From contig CBDBFU010000014.1 in the NCBI GenBank assembly GCA_965205025.1, positions 32,001 through 96,000 on the forward strand: a DNA stretch of 64,000 nucleotides, written 5' to 3'. This document shows, one piece after another, positions 49,734 to 59,676 of the stretch (positions within the stretch are counted from its first letter, which is position 1; every line of letters begins with the position of its first letter). The position numbers and the translations under genes were made by a program. Source of the stretch: Candidatus Poribacteria bacterium. Lineage in GTDB: Bacteria > Poribacteria > WGA-4E > WGA-3G. A model generated the notes under the pieces. That model did no database searches, had not been told where the DNA came from, and saw only the letters and a list, made by a program, of their open reading frames with translations.

Positions 49734-49901
49734 AAGTATGGGAAAACCCAAGACATCATCTTAGGAGGGAGCTCCATTCACTCCTATCACTGGTAACGAT
49801 CCTGAGATCGTTACTACAGAAGAAACTTATATCAGAATGTAGGTATTCGACAATTGAATACCTTTGAAATCCTGAAAGGATTCTATTACTTAAACATACT
49901 T
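49734..49901 (+). ncRNA. Candidate multi-hairpin structured RNA (unassigned)
   Basis: Five consecutive hairpins, three with G-U pairs on the plus strand, enclosed by AAGTATG/CATACTT. Confidence 0.4.
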
Positions 49902-50019
49902 ATTCATGGTATAATTGATAATACACTCTCTGTGAAATCATGCTCATACTAAAGAGTATAGTTAAGAGAACAGTAGATAGACACCATTATAGTTTGTTAA
50001 CCATTTGTAAAGGCTTCTC

Positions 50020-50823
50020 ATGAAACCATTAAAATACCTTAAGAACCAGATTGAAAAAAAGTTCTATGCTGCATATCAAAGACAATTAGAAGCAGAAGCA
50101 GATACATGGAATATACCTAAACACATTGGTGTTATCCTTGATGGAAACAGAAGGTATGCAAAGGCAAGTGGATTAGACAACGTAATTAAAGGACATTATG
50201 AAGGAGCAGATAAACTTGAAGAAGTACTCCATTGGTGTGATGAACTTGGTGTAGAGATTTTCTCTATATGGATTTTCTCACTTGATAATTTCAACCGGGC
50301 TGATGATGAAGTTGAAGGTATATTAGGTTTAATCGAAAGGAAAATGCGTGAATTAGTAACAATAAAAGGTCTCCATAAAAATCAAATTAAAGTGCGTGCT
50401 ATGGGACAAATAGAACGTTTACCACAAAGTCTGCAAGAAGCCATTAAACAAGCGGAAGAGGCAACAAAGGATTATGATAATTTCATTCTAAACGTGGCTG
50501 TAGCTTATGGTGGACGGGAAGAGATAATAGAAGCCTTCAAAGGTCATTTAAATGCAGAATCGGGAAATGGTAAGGATGTAAATCAGATTGCTGAGGAATT
50601 GAGTGTTGATAAAATTTCTCAATACTTATATACATCAAATCTACCTGACCCAGAACTAATTATTCGAACAAGTGGTGAAGTCCGTCTCTCCGGGTTCTTA
50701 TTATGGCAGAGCGTCTATTCAGAATTTTATTTCTGCGATACTTATTGGCCATCCTTTCGAAAAATCGACTTTTTAAGAGCAATACGGGATTATAGTCACC
50801 GAAAACGTCGTTTTGGGAAATAA
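50020..50823 (+). CDS. uppS: Cis-prenyltransferase (UppS family)
   Basis: PKHIGVILDGNRR, FSLDNFNR, YGGREEI, IRTSGEVRLSGFLLWQ, RRFG. Confidence 0.88.
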   Translation: MKPLKYLKNQIEKKFYAAYQRQLEAEADTWNIPKHIGVILDGNRRYAKASGLDNVIKGHYEGADKLEEVLHWCDELGVEIFSIWIFSLDNFNRADDEVEGILGLIERKMRELVTIKGLHKNQIKVRAMGQIERLPQSLQEAIKQAEEATKDYDNFILNVAVAYGGREEIIEAFKGHLNAESGNGKDVNQIAEELSVDKISQYLYTSNLPDPELIIRTSGEVRLSGFLLWQSVYSEFYFCDTYWPSFRKIDFLRAIRDYSHRKRRFGK

Positions 50824-50891
50824 ATCTTAAGTAAAAACATGTTGTTAACAGTTTCCATCTTTTATTGATCTTAATAACTTATGTGATTACA

Positions 50892-51257
50892 ATGGATATA
50901 ATATTACATTGGATTATACATCTACTTACATTGAGCGTTTCGGTCTTGATAGTCACCTATATTCTTCCAAGTATCAGTGTTAAGGGTTTTGGTACAGCAG
51001 TTGTAGTTGCACTGATCTATGGTCTTTTTAAGTTCTTTCTAACTGGTATCCTAACAATTTTAACATTACCTTTGATAGTTATTACTTTAGGTCTGTTTTA
51101 CTTTGTAATCAATGCCTTCTTGCTATGGATCACAAGTAAAGTAGTAGAAGGATTTGAAGTAAAAGGATGTGTTACCACGGTCATTGCAGCACTTTTGATT
51201 TCTGTGATAGAAATCTTAATTCATCATCTCTTTGTAGTTGTAAATGTTAGTATGTAA
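50892..51257 (+). CDS. YvlD/DUF360 4-TM membrane protein ('phage holin family' label)
   Basis: LTILTLPLIVITLGLFYFVINAFLL, GFEVKG. Confidence 0.85.
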   Translation: MDIILHWIIHLLTLSVSVLIVTYILPSISVKGFGTAVVVALIYGLFKFFLTGILTILTLPLIVITLGLFYFVINAFLLWITSKVVEGFEVKGCVTTVIAALLISVIEILIHHLFVVVNVSM

Positions 51258-51490
51258 AAATGACAGTACTCCTTCTTGTGATAATTTCTGTAAATCTACT
51301 AACCCATAGATAATGATATAGTTAGAAAATGAAACTCATATATCTATTATGAAACTCACGTTATAAATACGTTGAATATCTAAACATTTGCAACATCTTA
51401 ACGAAACAACATATATCAACATTCAATGCAAAACGGGTAAAAACACGAAGAATATAGATTCGACTGACATCTGTTTTTTGGAGTAATTAT

Positions 51491-52258
51491 ATGCAATTTG
51501 GAATATGTACTGGATTGGAAAATGTTAACCGATTAGCAGAAGTAGGCTACGATTACATAGAATTGGGAGTACAAAGTTCACTAATGCCTGAAGCCAGTGA
51601 AGCTGAATTCCAGGCAATTCGAGATAAGGTGGCAGATGCACCGTTAAAACCTGAAGCTTATGCAGGGTTCATTCCGAGGGACTTAAGAGTTGTTGGTGAA
51701 AATGTTGATTTTCCACGTCTATCTCGCTATGTTGAAACCGCATGTCGCAGGAGTAGCGAAATCGGTGGTGAAATAATCGTATATGGGAGTAGTGGTTCTC
51801 GAAATATAGAAGATGGTTATTCTGAAGCACAAGGATTAGATCAAATTACCGAATTCCTTGATATGGCAGCAGATCACGCAGAGGAATATGGTATAACTAT
51901 TGTTGTGGAACCCATCTGTATGAAAGAAGGTAACATAATTCGTACTGTATCGGATGGACTTGCCCTGGTAAAAAGAGTAAACAGAAAAGGAATAAAGGCA
52001 TTGGCGGATTTATATCATATGTGGCAGGAAAACGAACCTATGCAGAACATCATTGATACAGGTCCTTGGTTAGCCCATATCCATATTGCTGAACCAGTCA
52101 AACGGTCTTATCCTGGTAATGACGATTTCGACTTCACAAATTTCTTTACTGCACTCAAAGATGTAAATTATAATGGTCGAGTTTCATGTGAATGTAAATT
52201 TGACGATTTTAATTCAGATATTGTAACCGCATTAAAAACTATGAAAAAATACTTATAG
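51491..52258 (+). CDS. Sugar phosphate isomerase/epimerase (TIM-barrel AP-endonuclease-2 family)
   Basis: GYDYIE, IVVEP, ADLYHM, HIHIAE, YNGRVSCE. Confidence 0.88.
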   Translation: MQFGICTGLENVNRLAEVGYDYIELGVQSSLMPEASEAEFQAIRDKVADAPLKPEAYAGFIPRDLRVVGENVDFPRLSRYVETACRRSSEIGGEIIVYGSSGSRNIEDGYSEAQGLDQITEFLDMAADHAEEYGITIVVEPICMKEGNIIRTVSDGLALVKRVNRKGIKALADLYHMWQENEPMQNIIDTGPWLAHIHIAEPVKRSYPGNDDFDFTNFFTALKDVNYNGRVSCECKFDDFNSDIVTALKTMKKYL

Positions 52259-52316
52259 ATGTGAGTGATATACAGGAGTACAACCAATGTAAAAGGATTA
52301 TCTATGAATAAGAGTT

Positions 52317-53294
52317 TTGACACATACTATACTGGAGGTGGCGTTTATTCTTTCACATGAACAAGGCAAGGTTATTCGTGCAAGAACAGGATTTTACGAC
52401 ATTAGGCACCAAGAACTTGTATTGAGATGTACTCTCCGAGGAACACAAAAGAAACAACGATATTCTAATACTGGTCGTAGACTATTTGCTGACCCTATTG
52501 CTGTCGGAGATAAGGTCATATTTACACAAATTGATCAAGAAGAAGGTGTAATAGAAAAGATCCTCCCTCGACAAACCAAGTTTTCACGCCAATACGCTGG
52601 AAAGCATGAATCAATTGAACAGATAATTGTTGCTAATGCTTCGCAAGTAGTAGTTGTGGTTTCAACACAAATGCCTCCGCTCAACTATCGAACACTGGAT
52701 CGTTTCCTAATTTTAGCGGAAGCAGGGGAGATGTCGGCAATTATATGTGTGAATAAGATGGATTTAGTCGATTCTGAAGAAAAAGATGAACTCATTTCTA
52801 CATTCAAAACCTATGAGAATCTTGGTTATCAGGTAGTATACACGAGCATTAAGTCCACAGAAAGTGTAGAAACACTCATAGGTGTGTTAAGAGATAAATT
52901 CAGTGTAATTGTTGGGGCTTCTGGGGTGGGAAAATCAAGTTTACTAAACACCATACAGCCAAACCTTGAATTACGGACCGGAGAAGTTGGAGAGAAGACA
53001 CAGAAGGGAAGACATACCACTACGCTGGTAGAATTATTTCCACTTGATATTGGGGGAGAAGTAGCTGACACACCTGGAATCAGAGAAGTCGGTCTATGGG
53101 GAGTGGATACAGAGAATCTTGAATACTATTTTCCTGAAATGGAACCATTAATTGGTTCATGTAAATATAAAGACTGTGCACATATAAAAGAAACTGATTG
53201 TACTATACAAGATGCTGTGGAAAATGGAGATATACATCCACAGCGATATAAGAGTTATGTTGTCTTAAAAACTGGAAATACTGGAGAAATTTAA
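52317..53294 (+). CDS. rsgA: Ribosome small subunit-dependent GTPase A (start may be ATT 52347)
   Basis: AVGD, NKMD, GASGVGKSSL, GRHTT, DTPG, CKYKDCAH...C zinc finger. Confidence 0.95.
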   Translation: MTHTILEVAFILSHEQGKVIRARTGFYDIRHQELVLRCTLRGTQKKQRYSNTGRRLFADPIAVGDKVIFTQIDQEEGVIEKILPRQTKFSRQYAGKHESIEQIIVANASQVVVVVSTQMPPLNYRTLDRFLILAEAGEMSAIICVNKMDLVDSEEKDELISTFKTYENLGYQVVYTSIKSTESVETLIGVLRDKFSVIVGASGVGKSSLLNTIQPNLELRTGEVGEKTQKGRHTTTLVELFPLDIGGEVADTPGIREVGLWGVDTENLEYYFPEMEPLIGSCKYKDCAHIKETDCTIQDAVENGDIHPQRYKSYVVLKTGNTGEI

Positions 53295-53297
53295 ACT

Positions 53298-54218
53298 ATG
53301 TCTATAAAATATTTAAGAGTGTTATACTGTATAATAGTTTTACTTTACTCAGTCAATTTACTCGGTTGTGGTTCTGATGATATTGATGATGAAGAACCAA
53401 CAAATAGTCCACCTAAAGTTGATGCTTTTATTATTCCCAAAGAATTCAGTCCAGAAGAAATACTCGAATTTAGGATACTTGCATACGACGATGATGGTGA
53501 CACATTAAGTTATGAATGGTCTGTGAGTGCAGGAAAACTTGATGAAACCACTGGAACAAAAGTGAAATGGACTGCACCAACAGATGTTGAATCTGTTACT
53601 GTTACTGTTTATATCAGTGATGGAATTGGGAAGTCCACAAAGAGAGTGAAAAAGATCCTTAATGAGGCGTTTATTGAACCACCACCTATAGAAATCGCCT
53701 TTGACCCTACTCCAGATCCACCATTAAATTCTATTGTACCCGGAAAAGGTTGTTTTGGAATTAAACTTGGGGATCCATATAAGAAATTAATTGAAGTTCA
53801 TGGAAAACCTGACAATCCTCCAGATAAAATCGGTTATTTCAGTTATAATCAACAAAATAAAGGATTATCTGGATTCCTTGATGGTATAGATTTGATAGAG
53901 GATCTGTTCTTAAGGCATCCTAATAAGGCAAAAACTGCCGGTAAAAATGGAATCAGGAGTAAACTTGAAAATGTTGAGAAAGAACTTGGAAAAGCACAAG
54001 AAGTTGATAATAATGACTTTGGTGGTATTAGGCATTGGTATTGGCGAAAGGGAATTGAATTTACATATGATGGAGAGAACAAGGTGGAAAGTATTTTCGT
54101 CTTCAAACCGATTGGTATAGCACCTTCGGCAAACGGTTTGCCTTTACATCAGCAACAGCAAATACAAAAAGAGATCTTTAGAGTCTTACAAGGAAAAGAA
54201 TTCATCAAGTCTCAGTAA
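53298..54218 (+). CDS. Lipoprotein with PKD/Ig-like domain
   Basis: Lipobox LLG-C; NSPP...AYDDDGDTLSYEW...WTAP; C-terminal repeats (IKLGD..HGKP, ELGKA). Confidence 0.7.
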   Translation: MSIKYLRVLYCIIVLLYSVNLLGCGSDDIDDEEPTNSPPKVDAFIIPKEFSPEEILEFRILAYDDDGDTLSYEWSVSAGKLDETTGTKVKWTAPTDVESVTVTVYISDGIGKSTKRVKKILNEAFIEPPPIEIAFDPTPDPPLNSIVPGKGCFGIKLGDPYKKLIEVHGKPDNPPDKIGYFSYNQQNKGLSGFLDGIDLIEDLFLRHPNKAKTAGKNGIRSKLENVEKELGKAQEVDNNDFGGIRHWYWRKGIEFTYDGENKVESIFVFKPIGIAPSANGLPLHQQQQIQKEIFRVLQGKEFIKSQ

Positions 54219-54344
54219 TTGCGATTCAATTGTATAGGACTTACGATTTTTTAGTAAGGTATTAAACACACGACATATTCATAGAAAACTGTTTCACTGA
54301 CTCTAAATATACCATATTCATATTTCTGTTTGTTTCGTAGAACT

Positions 54345-56408
54345 TTACTTATTTTCTTCTTTAGATTTGTCATCTTTTGAAGCTAATATCAAAGCACATC
54401 GTGCTGGAACATAAATCTGAATAGACTGAGTTTGCCCATTTAACGGAATATCTTGCCAAGGATAATGTCTCCCATCTACCAAACCGTTACCCCCAAAATC
54501 AATGTCATCAGTGCACAAGATTAAACAATAATCCGTTCGATCTGGTATAGGGACACGCCAATCTGATACTGAGTTAGTTGGATGCAGATTAAATGCAAAA
54601 ACAAGACTTCCGCGTGAAAAGACAATCTGTTTTGCATCCTCATGGATTAATAACAGCTGAATGTATTCATCGGTCAGTAATTGGTATGTTTTCTCAAGAT
54701 GATGCATAGATCTATCAAACATGTTCAGATGCTTGTAGTACAATGTTTCATCATCCACAAGGCTCCATTGTCTTCGCGCATACCAGTATGAATGATTATT
54801 TCCAACGCGCGGAAAATCTATCCACTCTGGGTGTCCAAATTCATTCCCCATAAAGTTAAGATAACCCTCGCCCCCTAAACTAAAAGTCAGCAGACGTATC
54901 AACTTATGCAATGATACACCCCGAGCAATTCTTAGATTTGAGGAAAAGACACTCATATCAGTATATAGTTCTGCATCCATCAATTGCATAGCAAGGGTTT
55001 TATCACCTACAATACTCTGATCGTGGCTTTCAACATAAGCAATATGTTTTTCTCCTGATCGGCGGTTTCGAAGCATGTCATAAATCTCACCAATATGCCA
55101 GTCATCATCTTTTCTTTCTTTCAACAATCGAATCCAATAATCAGGTATTCCCATTGCTAAACGATAATCAAAACCGATCCCACCATCTTCAATAGGTCGT
55201 GCTAAACCTGGCATTCCACTCATGTCTTCTGCAATCGATATACCCTCTTGATTCACTTTATGCAGCAATTCATTCGCTAACATCAGATATACAATAGCAT
55301 CCAATTCTATATTTGAATCGAAGTAATCGTCATAAGAAGTGAATTCACGCCCAAGGCCATGATCGTTGTAGATCATACTTGTAACACCATCAAATCTGAA
55401 TCCATCAAATCGAAAATTCTCTAACCAATAACGTAAATTACTAAGAAGAAATCGTTGCACTTCATATTTACTGTAATCAAAACATAATGAGTCCCATGCA
55501 ATGTGTTCCCTCTTCACACCAGAATGAAAATATTGATGCTCTGTCCCATCAAAGAAATTCAATCCCTCGTTAAGATTCTTGATTGCATGGCTGTGCACTA
55601 AATCCATTATAACCAGTAATCCCATTCCATGGGCGGTATCAATCAATTCTTTGAGTTGTTCAGGTGTACCAAAACGACTCGAAACAGCAAAATAATTACT
55701 CACATGATACCCAAAACTACCGTAATATGGATGTTCCATAATTGCCATCAATTGAATAGCATTATATCCTAAATCTACAATACGATGGAGTATGTTATCT
55801 GTAAATTCTGTAAATGTCCCTACCCTTTCTGCTTCCTGTGCCATACCAATATGTGCTTCATAAATCCGTAATCCATCCTTCTCCATATTAAAACAGGGAT
55901 TAGTATTCTTCCATTGATATGAACTCTCTGGTGCCCAATATTGTCCCACAAAATCTGTATCTCTCTCCTGAATAACCCGTTGGATATAAGCCGGAATCCT
56001 ATCCATAGCTCCGTATTCTGAGGTCACATGCACTTTTACACGTCCACTATGAATAAATCTCCGTATATATATATCATCAGGTAAGAAAGCGTTCCAGATC
56101 CCCCACTCATTAACAGTCATAGGGTTTGTATCTCGGTTCCAATCATTAAAATCCCCAATCAGAGAAAGAGAGTGTGCTCCTGGTGCCCACTCCCGATACC
56201 ATACCCCTTCCTGACCATCGTTTTCACCACGATTAAATCCAAAATAATGATGTCCTTGACTTATTTCACCTAATATACCTCCTGTCTTTTCAATCTGTGT
56301 TTTGACACGTTCAAAGTGTTTAACTCTATTTGTGAATTGAGGAGTATAAGGTCTTAGCAAAGGATCTGATTCTATTAGTGGGATTCGGGAAGGATTGTGT
56401 TCTTTCAT
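54345..56408 (-). CDS. glgB: 1,4-alpha-glucan branching enzyme (GH13, eukaryote-like type)
   Basis: YREWAP, IYEAHIG, MEHPYYGSFGYHV, FDGFRFDGVTSM, AEDMSG, YVESHDQ, NFMGNEFGHPEWIDFPR. Confidence 0.93.
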   Translation of the reverse strand: MKEHNPSRIPLIESDPLLRPYTPQFTNRVKHFERVKTQIEKTGGILGEISQGHHYFGFNRGENDGQEGVWYREWAPGAHSLSLIGDFNDWNRDTNPMTVNEWGIWNAFLPDDIYIRRFIHSGRVKVHVTSEYGAMDRIPAYIQRVIQERDTDFVGQYWAPESSYQWKNTNPCFNMEKDGLRIYEAHIGMAQEAERVGTFTEFTDNILHRIVDLGYNAIQLMAIMEHPYYGSFGYHVSNYFAVSSRFGTPEQLKELIDTAHGMGLLVIMDLVHSHAIKNLNEGLNFFDGTEHQYFHSGVKREHIAWDSLCFDYSKYEVQRFLLSNLRYWLENFRFDGFRFDGVTSMIYNDHGLGREFTSYDDYFDSNIELDAIVYLMLANELLHKVNQEGISIAEDMSGMPGLARPIEDGGIGFDYRLAMGIPDYWIRLLKERKDDDWHIGEIYDMLRNRRSGEKHIAYVESHDQSIVGDKTLAMQLMDAELYTDMSVFSSNLRIARGVSLHKLIRLLTFSLGGEGYLNFMGNEFGHPEWIDFPRVGNNHSYWYARRQWSLVDDETLYYKHLNMFDRSMHHLEKTYQLLTDEYIQLLLIHEDAKQIVFSRGSLVFAFNLHPTNSVSDWRVPIPDRTDYCLILCTDDIDFGGNGLVDGRHYPWQDIPLNGQTQSIQIYVPARCALILASKDDKSKEENK

Positions 56409-56669
56409 AATGTTTAGGTATTGAATAGGTCGTTGATATGGTATATCTTGTCTTTCAAAGGTAGAAAATATGTTAACTTGCTATAAGTAGGGAAAATGTT
56501 TGATTATAGAAACAATTGATGGTTGTGTTGAAAGTTTTCGTCAGTGCGTCATTACCATACGAGATCTTTACATTGCTAAGCAGAAGAATAAGTGCAGCAC
56601 AGTTATTTCTAACTCATAAACGTCCCATCAAGGTTTGGGTTGACGGAAAACTTGTATTTTAGCAAGTAA

Positions 56670-57386
56670 TTATCCAGCTTCGCACAGACACGCATTTACC
56701 GGACAAATTCCTGAAACACAGAGTTCCTTGGTTGGAAATGTATTAGAAATAGAGGATAGAGTGGATTCGGATGAAGACTGTCGTAATTCTATGAAGGATG
56801 CTTTTAAAATTGAAATGGCAGATTTAAGAAAGATTACTGTAATTAACAATCCTACAACTAAGTCCGGTAATTTGGACTGGGTTATAGCAACCAGACCTGC
56901 CGCTATAAAAACACTTGAATTCGCAATTATGTCATTCCGTGAGCATACCCACGTTGAATGCATATTTAAATCATCTGTTCTGTGTTTTGATAATAGAAAC
57001 AGACAACCTGCATTTGCGATAAGAGCAACAATACTCATAAGGAACATGAAACTTGATTCTGGAACACCACCAACAAAGAATTTATACCCGCTTTGAATTA
57101 ATACACCAGTACCAAATATTGCCATAATACTGCCTTTCAAAAAGGCAGAACCGGTACGCCATCGATCGCTTTTTCCAATTGCATATAGACTGAATCCGTA
57201 AACAAGAGTATCACTTAACATATCAAGTGAATCTGCTTGCAAAGCAACAGAGCCTGCAAGCAATCCAACTACAAGCTCTAAACAAAACATGGCTCCGTTA
57301 ATGGCAAGAACAATCCATAGTGTCTTGGATTGTTGTTCCTGAAGTTCTTCAAGTTCACCTGATTTATCGTGACAACAATTATCCAT
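56670..57386 (-). CDS. Cation diffusion facilitator (CzcD-like, short form)
   Basis: SVALQADSLDM, DDLNMHSTWVCSRNDIIAN, PDLVVG; Cys-rich termini. Confidence 0.85.
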   Translation of the reverse strand: MDNCCHDKSGELEELQEQQSKTLWIVLAINGAMFCLELVVGLLAGSVALQADSLDMLSDTLVYGFSLYAIGKSDRWRTGSAFLKGSIMAIFGTGVLIQSGYKFFVGGVPESSFMFLMSIVALIANAGCLFLLSKHRTDDLNMHSTWVCSRNDIIANSSVFIAAGLVAITQSKLPDLVVGLLITVIFLKSAISILKASFIELRQSSSESTLSSISNTFPTKELCVSGICPVNACLCEAG

Positions 57387-57559
57387 ATAACCTTTCTGTA
57401 CTCTATTGATATTGATTTATTTCATAGTGGGTGACATGCTAACATTTCTGAAGGATATATTTCAACCCAACTTTAACAAGGTCTATACATTTCTTCTTTA
57501 CACATGCTGATGCAGAATCTTATCTATAGTAAACTTTAAATTTAATTAGATACTTTACT

Positions 57560-57603
57560 TGTAGGAGCGACCTCCCGGTCGCGACCAGGAGGTCGCTCCT
57601 ACA
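57560..57603. repeat. GTAG-type REP/REPIN-like palindrome
   Basis: TGTAGGAGCGACCTCC-C-GGTCGCGACC-A-GGAGGTCGCTCCTACA: 44 bp, one mismatched pair, GC-rich in an AT-rich spacer. Confidence 0.8.
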
Positions 57604-57738
57604 GAAGAGGTGTGGGACACAAACGTTAATTGAGCCAATAGAAAATGTAGTATTAATTTTATTATTTACTATAAATACAACGAAATAACATTTTTATAGC
57701 TAAATAAACTAATTTCTCTTAATTTTCTGTGATTCCTG

Positions 57739-58956
57739 TTAGTAATACATCTGAAAAGAGGAGAAGAATAGATTGGGATATGAACCGAACTCGGATTGTA
57801 GACCAAATTGATTATCTATAGGACGTTTTCCAATGCTTAACAACCCACCAACAGAGATATGTAGATCTTCAGCAACATTATAAGATACTTGTGGAATAAT
57901 AGTTGCTGACTGATCAGACATATTGAATAATATCTGACCACCCATATTAATCAATGGATTTAGTTGATAACTCATTCCTGGTGCAAGGTAATGAACACCG
58001 AATAGATAAACACCACCTACCATGTATGCAGGTTGGCTAAGATTGTCAATGTAGTTATCTGGGTTCAGAGTTCCTGCCCCATTAAAATGATACTCAATAA
58101 ATGTAAACAACGACCCATTAAAAGAATAATCCAAGCCAATTGAGGATCGTAGGTAATTATCTGAAGCAGAATTCATATCCATAAGTGGTTCAGTAAATAC
58201 ATAAGCGGTTTCCAACCAAAATCCTGCTCCACCAATTCCCCGAGTAATGTCTATCCCAGCGAGTAGATTTCTTTGAAATTGGATAAGCGAAATAGAGAAA
58301 TCTGTTTCAATAGCATTGAGTTGTGTACGTAGAAAGAGGGCACTCTTGTCATAGTCGAAGTTTTCACCGATAACATATCCTGTATCCACCTCACCCAATA
58401 CACCGATTGGAATTCGGATACGAATTGCATCTACACCTACACGATCTTCAGTATCCAATTGGTCAAAACTAAACGGGGCAACTACATCTGTTGGGTTTAT
58501 AATCCTCGCACTCCCCCAGGCTATGGCATCTCGTCCAATTGATATGTCAGCATATTCAGTACTATAATTTAGTGATGCTCTATCAAGATTATGATAGATA
58601 CCAACATTTCCAATCGGATCATCATCTACAGGATAGATCAAGGAATCTGATTTCGAGATACGGTATCTGCTTGATGAAATACCTACAGCAAAAGGAGAAT
58701 TAGAAAAGAAAGACAGGTCTTGAATTCGGGGTGATATATCATAAGATAAGGATAAGGAAATCACATCAGTTGGTACATAAGATAGATTAACACGGACACG
58801 ATTTACAACCGCACCTATTAGTGGTTCATTGTCTTGAGGAAGGTCAAGAGTAGTAAAAAAGTTCTTGTAATACCCACCAATATTAAGGTCAGCAGTTACG
58901 ATATTTACTTGAAAAATCAAAATTAGACAGAAAACATATCGAATTAGTGCTTTCAC
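57739..58956 (-). CDS. Outer-membrane beta-barrel protein associated with the LolA-like/ABC cluster
   Basis: Signal peptide, LDRA, IGRDAIAWG, NPTD, GVDAIR; C-terminal YY. Confidence 0.75.
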   Translation of the reverse strand: MKALIRYVFCLILIFQVNIVTADLNIGGYYKNFFTTLDLPQDNEPLIGAVVNRVRVNLSYVPTDVISLSLSYDISPRIQDLSFFSNSPFAVGISSSRYRISKSDSLIYPVDDDPIGNVGIYHNLDRASLNYSTEYADISIGRDAIAWGSARIINPTDVVAPFSFDQLDTEDRVGVDAIRIRIPIGVLGEVDTGYVIGENFDYDKSALFLRTQLNAIETDFSISLIQFQRNLLAGIDITRGIGGAGFWLETAYVFTEPLMDMNSASDNYLRSSIGLDYSFNGSLFTFIEYHFNGAGTLNPDNYIDNLSQPAYMVGGVYLFGVHYLAPGMSYQLNPLINMGGQILFNMSDQSATIIPQVSYNVAEDLHISVGGLLSIGKRPIDNQFGLQSEFGSYPNLFFSSFQMYY

Positions 58957-58968
58957 AACAAACCCATA

Positions 58969-59667
58969 TTATTTCGTCTCATCAGTCTCTATTTTACCAT
59001 CGCGTAGTGTTATTAGCCGATGTGCACTATCCATGACCATTGGATCGTGTGTGGAAAAGATGAATGTCATACCAGTTTCAGCATTTAATCTACTCATCAT
59101 ATCCAGCAGGTCTGATCCAGTTTTGGAATCCACGTTTGCTGTAGGTTCATCAGCCAATATAATCTCAGGTTCAGAAACCATAGCGCGTGCGATTGCAACT
59201 CTTTGCTGCTGTCCACCAGATAGTTGCGTCGGCAGCCTATCTTCAACACCTTCCAAACCAACGGATGCAAGCATAGAAGTGACCCTTTGATGGCGTTCAG
59301 ATTTTGGAATACCTGCCAGAAGCATGATATATTCCACATTTTCCTCAACTGTTAATACAGGTATTAGGTTATATGCCTGAAAAACAAATCCTATATTATC
59401 ACGTCTGAAATCCGAGAGTTCTCTACCACTCATTTCTGACAGAATTTTCCCAGATAGCGTAACTGTTCCATCCGTTGGGGTATCCAAACCGGAGATAATG
59501 TTAAGAAACGTTGTCTTTCCGGAACCAGATGGACCGACCAAAGCTGTAAATTCTCCAGTATTAATGGTTAGATTAACACCGTTAAGAGCGTTCACAGGTA
59601 TTCCATCTGCCTCATAGACTTTGGTAACATCTTCAGTGATAATAACTTTCTCTTTTGTTTGTTCCAT
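58969..59667 (-). CDS. ABC transporter ATP-binding protein (LolD/MacB type)
   Basis: GPSGSGKT, LSGGQQQRVAIAR, ILADEPT, STHD. Confidence 0.95.
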   Translation of the reverse strand: MEQTKEKVIITEDVTKVYEADGIPVNALNGVNLTINTGEFTALVGPSGSGKTTFLNIISGLDTPTDGTVTLSGKILSEMSGRELSDFRRDNIGFVFQAYNLIPVLTVEENVEYIMLLAGIPKSERHQRVTSMLASVGLEGVEDRLPTQLSGGQQQRVAIARAMVSEPEIILADEPTANVDSKTGSDLLDMMSRLNAETGMTFIFSTHDPMVMDSAHRLITLRDGKIETDETK

Positions 59668-59676
59668 TTTAATTTC

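Noticed and set aside
50892-51257. Prophage suggested by a 'phage holin family' gene
   Set aside because: YvlD/DUF360 genes are common chromosomal genes and no phage genes flank it
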